Below, in pieces: positions 9,741 to 18,535 of a stretch of 39,748 nucleotides of DNA. Each line of letters begins with the position of its first letter. The first letter of the stretch is position 1. The stretch is from the sequence record SRR20825006_387; one strand, 5' to 3'. The position numbers were made by a program, and so were the translations under genes. Below the pieces are notes generated by a model, which ran no database searches, had not been told where the DNA came from, and worked only from the letters and a program-made list of their open reading frames with translations.

Positions 9741-11147
9741 ATGCTCGCTTTCTCGAACCCACTTTTTCGACGTTCGCGTGGACCGGCGACCGTGTTCGCT
9801 CAGACCGCCATGCTGCTGATCGCCGGACTGAGCCTGACTTGCCAAACCGGCTTGATTAGCCAGACGTTCGCCCAGCCACCCGGTTCGGAAGCTTCCGCGA
9901 ACGAGACGGAAAGTGCTGCTCCCTCTAACGAGTCCGCGCCACCTTCGGCGAATGGAGTCGACGGCGGTCGGGTGAAAGATGATCCCGAACTCATCGCGAA
10001 AACGATGTCGGAGATGCCGGAAGACATCCGCAGAGACGCGGAAGAGATCTACGCGGAGTTCCGGTCCACTCACGAAGAATTGCTCGAATCGATGTTGAAG
10101 CTTCGCGAGATTCACATTCGATTCAACAATGACGTTGATCGAAGCCGCGAGGCCACAAAGGCTTTTCGCGCGCAGCAGCACAAGACATGGGACCTGATGC
10201 AGAAACAAATGGAGATCTCGGTCAAGGTTTTCCGTTTGCTTCCCAGTCCCGAGGCGGCCAGTTACATGGTCACAATGGTTCAGCACCATTTTGACAACGA
10301 CATCTACGACGCGACCACATTCGAAGCTGCCGCCAGATTGATCGACATTGGTCAGAACTACCGCTATCTGTTCCTCACCGCGGCACGTGCTGGTATCTCC
10401 AACGGCAATTTCGAAACCGCCCGAAAGGTCTACGAGTCGCTCCAGCCCGATGAACTGGAGAAGGTCGACATGGCCAACAAACACTTCCTCGATTTGCTGG
10501 AAGAGCAATACAAGGAAGAAATGGATCGGATGGAAAAGATCGACCGCGACGCGTTGCCGCAAGTTCTTTTCAAAACGACACGCGGCGACGTGCTGATCGA
10601 GCTTTACTCCGGCGAGGCTCCATCGACGGTCGCCAATTTCATCAATCTGGTGGAAGACGGGTTCTACGACGGAATGGATTTCTCGCAAGTCGTTCCCAAC
10701 ATGCTTGCTTTGTCTGGCGATCCGACCGGTGACGGACGCGGCAACAGCGGCAAATTTTTGATGGATGAGCACGACAACGAGAACTCACACCATGCTCTTC
10801 GCGGCTCGGTCGTGATGGCCAAAATTCCGATGGGCGAAGGACGCTTCATCGAAAACTCCGCCAGCTCTCAGTTCGCGATTTTCTTTTTGCCTGTCACGTC
10901 CGCCTCCAGTAATCAAACGGTGTTTGGCCGAGTGATCGAGGGCATGGACCGAGTCAGTGCCATGCGTCGAAAGGATCCCTCCAAGACCGATGAGAAAAAG
11001 ATCCAACTGCCACCGGACGCGATCATCTCCGCCGAAGCTGTTCGCAAAGGACCGGAACTGCCCGAACCGGAATACGTCGACGTGGAAGCGGAACTTAGAA
11101 AAGCCGAGGAAGCGGGGCTGATCAAACGGAAAACGCCGGCCAAATAG
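9741..11147 (+). CDS. Exported protein with N-terminal helical domain and C-terminal cyclophilin-like domain (degenerate active site)
   Basis: C-terminal VLFKTTRGDVLIELYSGEAPSTVANFINLVEDGFYDG…GDPTGDGRG…RGSVVMAK…SSQFAI…TVFGRVIEGMD indicates a cyclophilin fold. Hydrophobic N-terminal segment. Start uncertain (9741 or 9810). Confidence 0.85.
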   Translation: MLAFSNPLFRRSRGPATVFAQTAMLLIAGLSLTCQTGLISQTFAQPPGSEASANETESAAPSNESAPPSANGVDGGRVKDDPELIAKTMSEMPEDIRRDAEEIYAEFRSTHEELLESMLKLREIHIRFNNDVDRSREATKAFRAQQHKTWDLMQKQMEISVKVFRLLPSPEAASYMVTMVQHHFDNDIYDATTFEAAARLIDIGQNYRYLFLTAARAGISNGNFETARKVYESLQPDELEKVDMANKHFLDLLEEQYKEEMDRMEKIDRDALPQVLFKTTRGDVLIELYSGEAPSTVANFINLVEDGFYDGMDFSQVVPNMLALSGDPTGDGRGNSGKFLMDEHDNENSHHALRGSVVMAKIPMGEGRFIENSASSQFAIFFLPVTSASSNQTVFGRVIEGMDRVSAMRRKDPSKTDEKKIQLPPDAIISAEAVRKGPELPEPEYVDVEAELRKAEEAGLIKRKTPAK

Positions 11148-11291
11148 CGCATTCGTCGCCGGAAATGCTGGGCGAAGCCCGCCATCCGTTGGTTTGCACC
11201 TTCCGGCTGGGTTAAACTGTGACCAACAGAATGCCGGCTCTCCAATCCGCCGCCTCCCGCCTCGCCGACATCCCACCTCCGCGAACACTTC

Positions 11292-12716
11292 ATGGCTCAA
11301 CGAACTCCCGCTCGCAACGAGACTCCTCCGTCGGACCCGACGGCGGGCGAATCAAGTCCCGCATCCGAACGGTCCGCCGTGTTGGAGCAACGAGCGAGTC
11401 GTCGTACCTTTATTCAAAGCGGCGGCATCATGCTGGCCGGCGGCAGCGTCCTGGGCACGAACCTGAGCGTTGCCCGTGGTGCTCATGCGTATGGCGACGA
11501 CACACTGAAAATCGGACTGATTGGCTGTGGCAGCCGTGGAACCAACGCGGTCATCCAAGCGATGAATACCGATGGTGCCACTCGGCTCGTCGCGATGGCG
11601 GATGTCTTCGAGAGCAACGTGCAATCGGCTTTCCGCGCCATCAACAGCAAACACGGAAAGACCGGACCGGCCGGCAAACGTGTTGATGTTGATGGTGCTC
11701 GTTTCGTCGGTTTGGACGGATGGAGGCACGTCTTGCAAAGCGACGCTGACGTCGTGTTCCTGACAACGCCTCCGGGATTTCGACCGCTTCACTTCGAAAA
11801 AGCCATCGAAGCGGGCAAGCACGTCTTCATGGAAAAACCCGTCGCAACGGATGCCCCGGGTGTCCGACGAGTCCTGGCGGCCAATGAGATCGCCAAGCAA
11901 AAAGGTTTGGCGGTTGCGGTCGGTTTGCAACGCCACCACGAAGCTCGCTATCACGAATGCATTGAACGACTTCACGCCGGTGCGATCGGTGATCCAGTGT
12001 TTGCGCGAGCCTACTGGAACGGGGCCGGATCGCGGCTGCGAGCCAAACCGAATAACGTTTCCGAACTCGAATATCAACTTCGTCAGTGGCAGCACTTCAA
12101 TTGGATTGGCGGCGATCAAATCGCTGAGCAACACATCCATAATCTGGATGTGATCAACTGGTTGCTCGGCGAACATCCGGTGTCGGCTCAAGGTCAAGGC
12201 GGACGTGACTCACGATCCGATCAGACGCTCGGCGAAACGTTCGACCACCACATGGTTGAGTTCACCTATGCAAAGGACGTGCGGTTGCTCAGCCAATGCC
12301 GGCACGTTCGAGGTTGCTGGAACAGCGTCAGCGAACACGTTCACGGCACGCAGGGAAGTTGCGATATCAGCGCCGCTATCATTCGTGACCCGAGCGGAAA
12401 AGTCGTCTGGCAAAGCTCGCAGAAACCATCCAAAGACCGTGGTTGCCAACAAGCCCAACACGACTTGTTCGCCTCCCTTCGAAAGGGCGAAATCCCAAAC
12501 GAAGGCGACTACGGCGCGACCAGCACCATGACTGCGATCATGGGCCGAATGGCCAGCTACTCCGGCAAAATCGTTCGCTGGAACGAAGCTTTCCAAAGCG
12601 AACAGATGCTTGCCGATGTTGATGCAATGCGGTCACTCAAAGACATCGCACCGGTCCAGCCTCTTCCCGATGGCAACTACGAAGTTGCAATCCCAGGCCA
12701 AACCAAGGTCATCTGA
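11292..12716 (+). CDS. Gfo/Idh/MocA family oxidoreductase with twin-arginine (Tat) signal
   Basis: SRRTFIQ Tat motif, Rossmann motif KIGLIGCGSRG, GKHVFMEKP, EQHIHNLD. Confidence 0.9.
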   Translation: MAQRTPARNETPPSDPTAGESSPASERSAVLEQRASRRTFIQSGGIMLAGGSVLGTNLSVARGAHAYGDDTLKIGLIGCGSRGTNAVIQAMNTDGATRLVAMADVFESNVQSAFRAINSKHGKTGPAGKRVDVDGARFVGLDGWRHVLQSDADVVFLTTPPGFRPLHFEKAIEAGKHVFMEKPVATDAPGVRRVLAANEIAKQKGLAVAVGLQRHHEARYHECIERLHAGAIGDPVFARAYWNGAGSRLRAKPNNVSELEYQLRQWQHFNWIGGDQIAEQHIHNLDVINWLLGEHPVSAQGQGGRDSRSDQTLGETFDHHMVEFTYAKDVRLLSQCRHVRGCWNSVSEHVHGTQGSCDISAAIIRDPSGKVVWQSSQKPSKDRGCQQAQHDLFASLRKGEIPNEGDYGATSTMTAIMGRMASYSGKIVRWNEAFQSEQMLADVDAMRSLKDIAPVQPLPDGNYEVAIPGQTKVI

Positions 12717-12835
12717 ACGGTCTCCGCACGAGGCCGACTCCACTCAATGAAGGAATCGTCCGCGTCGCTGCGACCAGCCTCTGGCGAGCGGTTGATTGAG
12801 TCATGTACCGAATGGCAACAATCAGCCGATGGATG

Positions 12836-14083
12836 CTAGGGCAGGCTCGCGACAAAGCGAGTCAGGCGATTGCTGAAATCTCTCACGTCGGTGCCAACAA
12901 CCCGTTCGAAATCGATCATGCGTTGACCTGATTTGTAGGTCTCAAACGGAGGACGCGTGGCGGTAAGGTTCAGAATGTCCGCGAACGCTTCCGTATCCCG
13001 CTCGGCCAAGTAGAACATCATCGACCAAGCCAGCGCGTACGCGGTGTGGATGGTGGTGGGATTGCGGAACAAGTCATCGCTTCGAATCATTCGATCCACC
13101 CATCGAGCGACCTCCGCTGGATCTTCCATGTCGATCGTCTCGCGAAGCTGACGAACTGAGTCTTTGTTCACACGCTCGACCAGTCGGGTTCCGGATCGCC
13201 CCGAACTCATTGCATCGGGTTCGAACATCTGCCCAATCCCTTCAGTCACCCAGCTCGGCGTGTCGTTCACCCGGCTGTGGACACCACAATTGAATGCGGA
13301 TTGGTGAGCGGCTTCGTGGCGAACCGTCGCGGCGATCATGCTGATAGCACCGCCATCATGAGTCATCACGCGATTGCATTTGTTTGCATACAGCCCCGCA
13401 ACTCGCGAAACGTCGATTCCTAATCGCGCGATCTCGTCGTACATCGCTCGGGCATCGGGCAAAACAACCGCGACCATCGGGAAACGACCTTGCCGAACCT
13501 TCACGCCTCGACGTTCCATGTATGTCACGAATGCGCGATGGCATTGCTCGAACATTTTGGGCCAGCGACTGCCGCGGCCTTTCGGTTGAACCACCAAAAA
13601 GTTTTGCGTGGCGATGACTTCAAACTCTCGCCCGAATTCTGCTCGCAATCGATTGCGAAGCTCAACCGACGACGTGGGCTGAAATTGCCCAGCGATCGAA
13701 CGCATGGACTCGGATTTTTCTGTTCGACTGATCGTGTGCAACCAACCGTCTCTGCCGATCACCAGCGATTCACTCGCCGATTCGATCAGATGCAAACCAC
13801 TTTGCCAGCTGTTGCCAACACGGAATTCAACCAAACCCGGACGAATCGATGGCGCGACCGATTGCGATGAAACCAAGTGTTCAGAACGTTCTGGCGAAGC
13901 TGGCGCAACCGGTTCCGCATTGCATTCTTCGGCGGACATCCCGCTGAGCAGAATCGCAGCGATCAGAGGAACCAAGCGAGTTTGAACCACTCGAAAGCGT
14001 GTCGCATACGAGAGAAGTCGATGCGGCGTGCCCGAGGGAACGACATTCGACGTTTTCGCAATGGAAGTGAGAGTCATCGACAT
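12836..14083 (-). CDS. DUF1570-like protein (putative zinc metallopeptidase, HExxH)
   Basis: TVRHEAAHQSAFNCG…PSWVTEGIGQMFE and YALAWSMMFYL match the pattern of DUF1570 proteins common in planctomycetes. Start uncertain (14146 TTG, 14083 ATG or later). Confidence 0.75.
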   Translation of the reverse strand: MSMTLTSIAKTSNVVPSGTPHRLLSYATRFRVVQTRLVPLIAAILLSGMSAEECNAEPVAPASPERSEHLVSSQSVAPSIRPGLVEFRVGNSWQSGLHLIESASESLVIGRDGWLHTISRTEKSESMRSIAGQFQPTSSVELRNRLRAEFGREFEVIATQNFLVVQPKGRGSRWPKMFEQCHRAFVTYMERRGVKVRQGRFPMVAVVLPDARAMYDEIARLGIDVSRVAGLYANKCNRVMTHDGGAISMIAATVRHEAAHQSAFNCGVHSRVNDTPSWVTEGIGQMFEPDAMSSGRSGTRLVERVNKDSVRQLRETIDMEDPAEVARWVDRMIRSDDLFRNPTTIHTAYALAWSMMFYLAERDTEAFADILNLTATRPPFETYKSGQRMIDFERVVGTDVRDFSNRLTRFVASLP

Positions 14084-14288
14084 GATGGAAGTCAACGGCG
14101 AGGAACAACGCAGGAACACATCCGAACCGTCGGCGCCCCGCAACACCCACGCGATCTACTCAACCCTAGGTTAAGATTGAAGTGGCGGACGGACGTACGA
14201 CCTTTTTGCACGGAAGGTTCCTCGTACCCTCGCGGTTGTAACGCCGATCGATCGAAATTCAGTTCAAAACTTTTCTCGAAAGCTTGAC

Positions 14289-15614
14289 ATGCATCGTTTT
14301 CACGTCGCGCACCAACGGCTTGTCCCGATTGCGGTGACCTTGCTGGCGTTTTGCCTGCTCGCACTGGCCGCTTCCAACGCTCACGCCCAGGATTCGGCGG
14401 ACACGCTTGAACTCGAAGTCCCGCTCTGGATCGCTGAGCTCGATGCTGACGAAGCCCAGACCCGCCGCGCCGCCGAGCTAAAGCTGATCGAAGCGGGACC
14501 GGATGCGTCCGACTATCTCCCCGCGATTCTCGATGATCTTTCGATCGAAGCTCGCGAACGTCTCAATCGAGTCCGTGCGGAATGGGCAAAACGCAAAGCG
14601 GAAAGTCATGTCGAAACCCAGCTGATTCGCCTTCAGAATGCCAAAACTCTGGGCGAGGCTTTGGAGGCGATCTCAACCGTCAGTGAAGTTGAGTTTGATC
14701 TCGAAGCGGCAGGTGAGGGAGGCGACCTCACCCAAACCATCCGTGCTCCAAGGTCCCCACTGAACTTTTGGCATGCGGTCGACCATGTTTTGGATCAAGC
14801 CAAACTGGATATCAACTTTTACGGAGGCGACCGAACGACGTTGATGCTGATTCCTCGCGATGAGAACCGTCCATCGCGAGTCGAATCGGCTGCATACGTC
14901 GGAATCTACCGACTCGAGCCCACCGTTGTGACCGCCCGCCGCGTCTTGCGTTCCCCGGAACTTAGCAGCATGAATCTCAATCTCACAATCGAATGGCAAC
15001 CCAATCGAACGCCGATCGGATTGACGTTGCCCATTAGCGCCGTCAACGGAAAACTCGACTCGGGCGAAACGCTGGTGCCTCAGACCAGTGGCGATACGAT
15101 CGACATCGCAACGAACACTGAGATGGCGCAAAGCGAGTTTTTCTTGCCCATGCAACTTCCCAATCGACCATCTGAAACGATTGAACGGCTCGCGGGAACG
15201 CTGACAGCAATGATTCCCGGTCGCCGTGAAAAGTTTGCCCTGGATCTAAACGAACCCGCCGCATCGCAAACCGAAGACCAAATGACCGTTTCGATCGAAG
15301 CCGTTCGCGACGCGGACCCACTCCGCGAAATTCGCGTGGGAGTCGAACTGGACTCTGCGGGTCGTTCACTTGAAAGTCACCGGCAATGGATCTTTGAGAA
15401 CGAGGCCTATGTGATATTGGAAGATGGAACTCGGATGGATCACCTGGGCTACGAAGTGTTCCGCCAAACCGACTCAGGAGTTGGAATCGGGTATCTGTTT
15501 GATTTCGGCCCAGCCGGCTCACCACCGCCCGGGTCCAAATTGATCTACGAATCGCCCACCTCAGTCGCACAGGACGCGGTCGACTTCATACTCAACGACA
15601 TCCCCACTCCGTAA
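14289..15614 (+). CDS. Secreted hypothetical protein
   Basis: 441-aa ORF with a signal peptide ending AHA-Q and a HEAT-like N-terminal segment (LDADEAQTRRAAELKLIEAG). No family recognised. Confidence 0.75.
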   Translation: MHRFHVAHQRLVPIAVTLLAFCLLALAASNAHAQDSADTLELEVPLWIAELDADEAQTRRAAELKLIEAGPDASDYLPAILDDLSIEARERLNRVRAEWAKRKAESHVETQLIRLQNAKTLGEALEAISTVSEVEFDLEAAGEGGDLTQTIRAPRSPLNFWHAVDHVLDQAKLDINFYGGDRTTLMLIPRDENRPSRVESAAYVGIYRLEPTVVTARRVLRSPELSSMNLNLTIEWQPNRTPIGLTLPISAVNGKLDSGETLVPQTSGDTIDIATNTEMAQSEFFLPMQLPNRPSETIERLAGTLTAMIPGRREKFALDLNEPAASQTEDQMTVSIEAVRDADPLREIRVGVELDSAGRSLESHRQWIFENEAYVILEDGTRMDHLGYEVFRQTDSGVGIGYLFDFGPAGSPPPGSKLIYESPTSVAQDAVDFILNDIPTP

Positions 15615-15676
15615 CCATCGGGTGAAGCCAATCGGCTATAGGGGACGGGGCCGAGAGTCGTTCAGTACCAATATCC

Positions 15677-15731
15677 GTCGTGGATGAGGCAACGGATCCT
15701 TGAGTACGGGACTCGTCGCCTCGTCCACGAC
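15677..15731. repeat. 55-nt palindromic REP-like repeat, copy 1
   Basis: GTCGTGGATGAGGCAACG-N19-CGTCGCCTCGTCCACGAC; 18-nt arms with 2 differences. Confidence 0.8.
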
Positions 15732-15869
15732 CAAGATTCAGTCTCGGATACACTCGCACCTAATATTCAGCCGGTCTCAAACGTAGTTCTGGTGAGGCAC
15801 GTTGCATGACAATCCCTCACCGTCACCGTTCTCCAAATGGAACAGACGACGCATCCATGCGCGCATCCC

Positions 15870-15924
15870 GTCGTGGACGAGGTAACGAATCCTTCAGCGT
15901 GGGACTTGTTACCTCGTCCACTAC
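15870..15924. repeat. 55-nt palindromic REP-like repeat, copy 2
   Basis: GTCGTGGACGAGGTAACG-N19-TGTTACCTCGTCCACTAC. Same length and layout as copy 1; reads GTAG… on the minus strand. Confidence 0.8.
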
Positions 15925-15983
15925 CAATTCAGCCGAATCGATCATCTAGCGACATACATCCCACCGACGCAGGACCAAAGTTG

Positions 15984-16898
15984 ATGAACCACCGAAACTT
16001 TCGCAACGGTTTTCTTGTCGTCGTGCTGTTGATCGCGGGATGTGGGACGCAATCCAGTCAATTCTCTAGCAAGCTCGACATGGTGAGCGAGCAAGCCGCT
16101 CAGGAACCATCGGCAGCAGCCTTCTCAGTTGCCCAAACTCCAAATCGTCTCCCAAACGGCGACGAGACTGATGGTGAGGCACCGGCAGGCGATCGATCAA
16201 GCGAAACGGTGAAATCGAATCGGCGAATCGTTTACAACACCCACCTTTCTCTGGTCGTGAAAGAGTACGCAACGTTTGAATCCAAGCTGCCCGATTTAGT
16301 CGATCAACATGGAGGGTTCATTTCCAATAGCGAAACGAATCGTCGCTACAACAATCAGCAATCCGGTGTGTGGGTCGCCCGCATTCCAGTCGCGAACTAC
16401 TTGGACTTCCTTCAAGGAGTCACAGGGTTGGGTTTCGCGGAATCTCGCACCGAAGACGCCGATGATGTCACTGCGGAATTCGTGGACGTTGAGGCGAGAA
16501 TCCGAAACAACAAGAAGCTCGAAGAACGCATCATCACGATGCTCGATGAACGCACCGGAAAGCTGTCTGAGGTCTTGGAAATCGAACGCGAACTTTCGCG
16601 CGTTCGCGAGGAGATCGAACGTATGGAAGGACGCCTGCGAGTGCTATCAGATCGCTCCGCTTTGGCAACCATCACGATCAAGTGTCGAGAAGAAAAGGAG
16701 TACGTTCCTCCGGCGTCACCGACATTCGGTTCACGGATTGAAAAATCATGGGCGGGTTCGATCGACGCGATGAAGCAGACGAGTGAGAACATCGCCATCG
16801 CTGCAATCGCGATCCTGCCGTGGTTGCTCGTCTTCGCCGTACCGATTTTGGTGAGCATTGCCGTGGGCAGACGAATCCTTCGCAAGCGATCGAAGTAG
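15984..16898 (+). CDS. DUF4349 family lipoprotein
   Basis: ATG at 15984 gives lipobox LLIAG-C. RRIVYNTHLSLVV, DVTAEFVDVEARIRN and LEIERELSRVREEIERMEGRLR match DUF4349, and there is a C-terminal TM helix. The ORF-track start (15837) runs through the REP repeat. Confidence 0.85.
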   Translation: MNHRNFRNGFLVVVLLIAGCGTQSSQFSSKLDMVSEQAAQEPSAAAFSVAQTPNRLPNGDETDGEAPAGDRSSETVKSNRRIVYNTHLSLVVKEYATFESKLPDLVDQHGGFISNSETNRRYNNQQSGVWVARIPVANYLDFLQGVTGLGFAESRTEDADDVTAEFVDVEARIRNNKKLEERIITMLDERTGKLSEVLEIERELSRVREEIERMEGRLRVLSDRSALATITIKCREEKEYVPPASPTFGSRIEKSWAGSIDAMKQTSENIAIAAIAILPWLLVFAVPILVSIAVGRRILRKRSK

Positions 16899-16961
16899 CA
16901 ACGCAATAACCACGATGCATCCGGGCCACGACGACGCCCGAAACGATTGCGAATCTGATTG

Positions 16962-17303
16962 TTAGGAAGTGAACCTTCCCAAAGGTGATTCCACCACTCG
17001 CATTCGTTTCATCGTCACGCCTTCTTCCAACAACCGTTGCTCTTGCAAAGAAGGATTGACTGGCGGCAATCGCCCATCGTTGTAGACAACCCGCCACCAT
17101 GGCAATGCATCGAATGATGCCCCGAGCAATTGCCCCACCGCTCGGTGCCGACGTGGGTAGCCCGCTCGAGCGGCGACGTCGCCATAGCTGACCACTTCAC
17201 CGGGACGAAGCCCCTCAATCGTGCGAACAAACGCCGCGCGCATCGGATCCGTTTCGGATTCGCGAGCGGTCCACTCAGACGTTTTCGATGACTTCGATGA
17301 CAT
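16962..17303 (-). CDS. Alkyltransferase-like (ATL/YbaZ-type) MGMT-family DNA-binding protein
   Basis: PGEVVSYGDVAARAGYPRRHRAVG and active-site motif PWWRVV, with Trp in place of the catalytic Cys of PCHRV. C-terminal QEQRLLEEGV. Start uncertain. Confidence 0.85.
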   Translation of the reverse strand: MSSKSSKTSEWTARESETDPMRAAFVRTIEGLRPGEVVSYGDVAARAGYPRRHRAVGQLLGASFDALPWWRVVYNDGRLPPVNPSLQEQRLLEEGVTMKRMRVVESPLGRFTS

Positions 17304-17445
17304 GGGCTCAGAATTCCACTGAATTTTCGCTTCGCGGCCGCGAACCTGATTTTGGTTGCATGCGTCTTGACTACCGACGATCATGTCGTCAACGGGTCGC
17401 GATTCCGCGTCGCGACAAAACTTCCGCACGTTCGCTTGTCTTTTC

Positions 17446-17578
17446 TGGTTGGCACCTGGGCAAGTGGCGTCGAACCAAATTTTAAAAGGAGGTGATCAAG
17501 TGGATTATTGCTGTACTAGCCAACGGGGTGGAAACCCTTGACGAAAGTCGGCGGGCTGACGCCAGGGTCAGCCACCCC
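17446..17578 (+). ncRNA. Candidate structured RNA / mini-ORF element with extended Shine-Dalgarno
   Basis: AAAGGAGGTGATC (17485-17497), then GTG at 17500 opening MDYCCTSQRGGNP* (17500-17541). Hairpins GGGT-GGAA-ACCC, TTGAC-GAAA-GTCGG and GGCTGAC-N6-GTCAGCC. Confidence 0.5.
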
Positions 17579-17748
17579 ACTCGCGATCACTTTCTAGAAC
17601 GCGAGCATCGCCCGTTTGCTGAGATGGTTACCTTGGTCTCAGCAGACGGGTTCTTTATGCGCCGACCGTGTACCATCCGACACGAACCATCCAAGCTGTG
17701 CTCAAAGGCGCAAGCACGCAAAACCAATGCGTCGCTGCAACGAATGCG

Positions 17749-18531
17749 TTAGTTCACGCTGAACGGCGGAGGAAAGTCTTTTCGCGAACGTGACGATTCA
17801 GCCAAATCGACATCACCTTCTTCCACGCTGACCGATTGAAGATCCAGTCCGCCCTTTTGGATCAAGCGGATCAACGCTTCCGCTCGTTCATCCACATCTG
17901 ACATCGCCAGCAATTTGATCTTTTCATTCGGATCAAAGGGCAATGTGTAAGCGATGATGTCGGTGATCGGTCCCACTCCCATTTGGCCGGCCATCAAATC
18001 GTGCAACGATTTCTGTGAGCCTTCGCTGACGGGAATGATCTTGCCAAACGCTTCGAGCAAACGTTTCTTCAAATCCGCTCGCTTTTGCGTTCCAGCGGGA
18101 AGATAGAAGTCATCGATCAAATCAACTCGTGCCGTTCGGAACGAACGCCCGGTCTCCAGCTCATGCCGAATCGTGGCACGGCGGATCCCAACAATCAAAA
18201 TGTTGTGACGATCGCCTTCCAACTCGGCGTGCGAAATGATCTTTCCCACGCAAACGGTCGGCGAGATCGGCGGCAGCATGTTCAACGGCAACTTTTGCTT
18301 GGTCGCCTCATCGATCGCGACGTTGCCCTGTTGGTTCGTCAGCGTCGCCATCGTGATGAGATGATCAGTCGACAATGCTTCGTGCAGCATGTCGACGTAG
18401 CGAGGTTCGAACACATGCAAGGGTTGCATCGCATGGGGAAACAAAACCATCCCCGGAAGCGGAAACAACCGGACCAGCCCGTCGAAATCATCCGGCAGAC
18501 TGGTCACTCCTGTGATCGAATCAAAACTCAT
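17749..18531 (-). CDS. Lon protease N-terminal (substrate-binding) domain protein, without AAA+ or protease domains
   Basis: RLFPLPGMVLFPHAMQPLHVFEPRYVDML, CVGKII, NILIVGIRR and EKIKLLAMSDVDERAEAL match the LON_substr_bdg domain; only 260 aa. Confidence 0.88.
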   Translation of the reverse strand: MSFDSITGVTSLPDDFDGLVRLFPLPGMVLFPHAMQPLHVFEPRYVDMLHEALSTDHLITMATLTNQQGNVAIDEATKQKLPLNMLPPISPTVCVGKIISHAELEGDRHNILIVGIRRATIRHELETGRSFRTARVDLIDDFYLPAGTQKRADLKKRLLEAFGKIIPVSEGSQKSLHDLMAGQMGVGPITDIIAYTLPFDPNEKIKLLAMSDVDERAEALIRLIQKGGLDLQSVSVEEGDVDLAESSRSRKDFPPPFSVN

Positions 18532-18535
18532 GAAG

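Noticed and set aside
9723-10772. Long antisense and alternative-frame ORFs (e.g. 349 aa here, 284 aa at 7116-7970, 204 aa at 24311-24925)
   Set aside because: They are shadows of well-supported genes on the opposite strand, expected in GC-rich coding DNA, and carry no motifs.
15677-15924. CRISPR array
   Set aside because: Only two clear units, 55 nt long, non-identical and separated by 138 nt, with no cas genes. This fits REP-like palindromes better.
17485-17497. Fragment of a 16S rRNA gene on the minus strand
   Set aside because: The match stops after 13 nt, and the flanking sequence does not continue as 16S (expected …GATCCAGCCGCA…).
17500-17541. Cysteine-sensing attenuator leader peptide
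   Set aside because: It has tandem Cys codons and alternative hairpins, but no credible + strand gene follows (the next gene is convergent) and there is no U-tract after the last hairpin.
17492-17752. 86-aa ORF MIKWIIAVLANG… from the ORF track
   Set aside because: Its GTG lies inside the SD sequence itself, it has no recognisable features, and it overlaps the structured element. The 17500 start has proper SD spacing.
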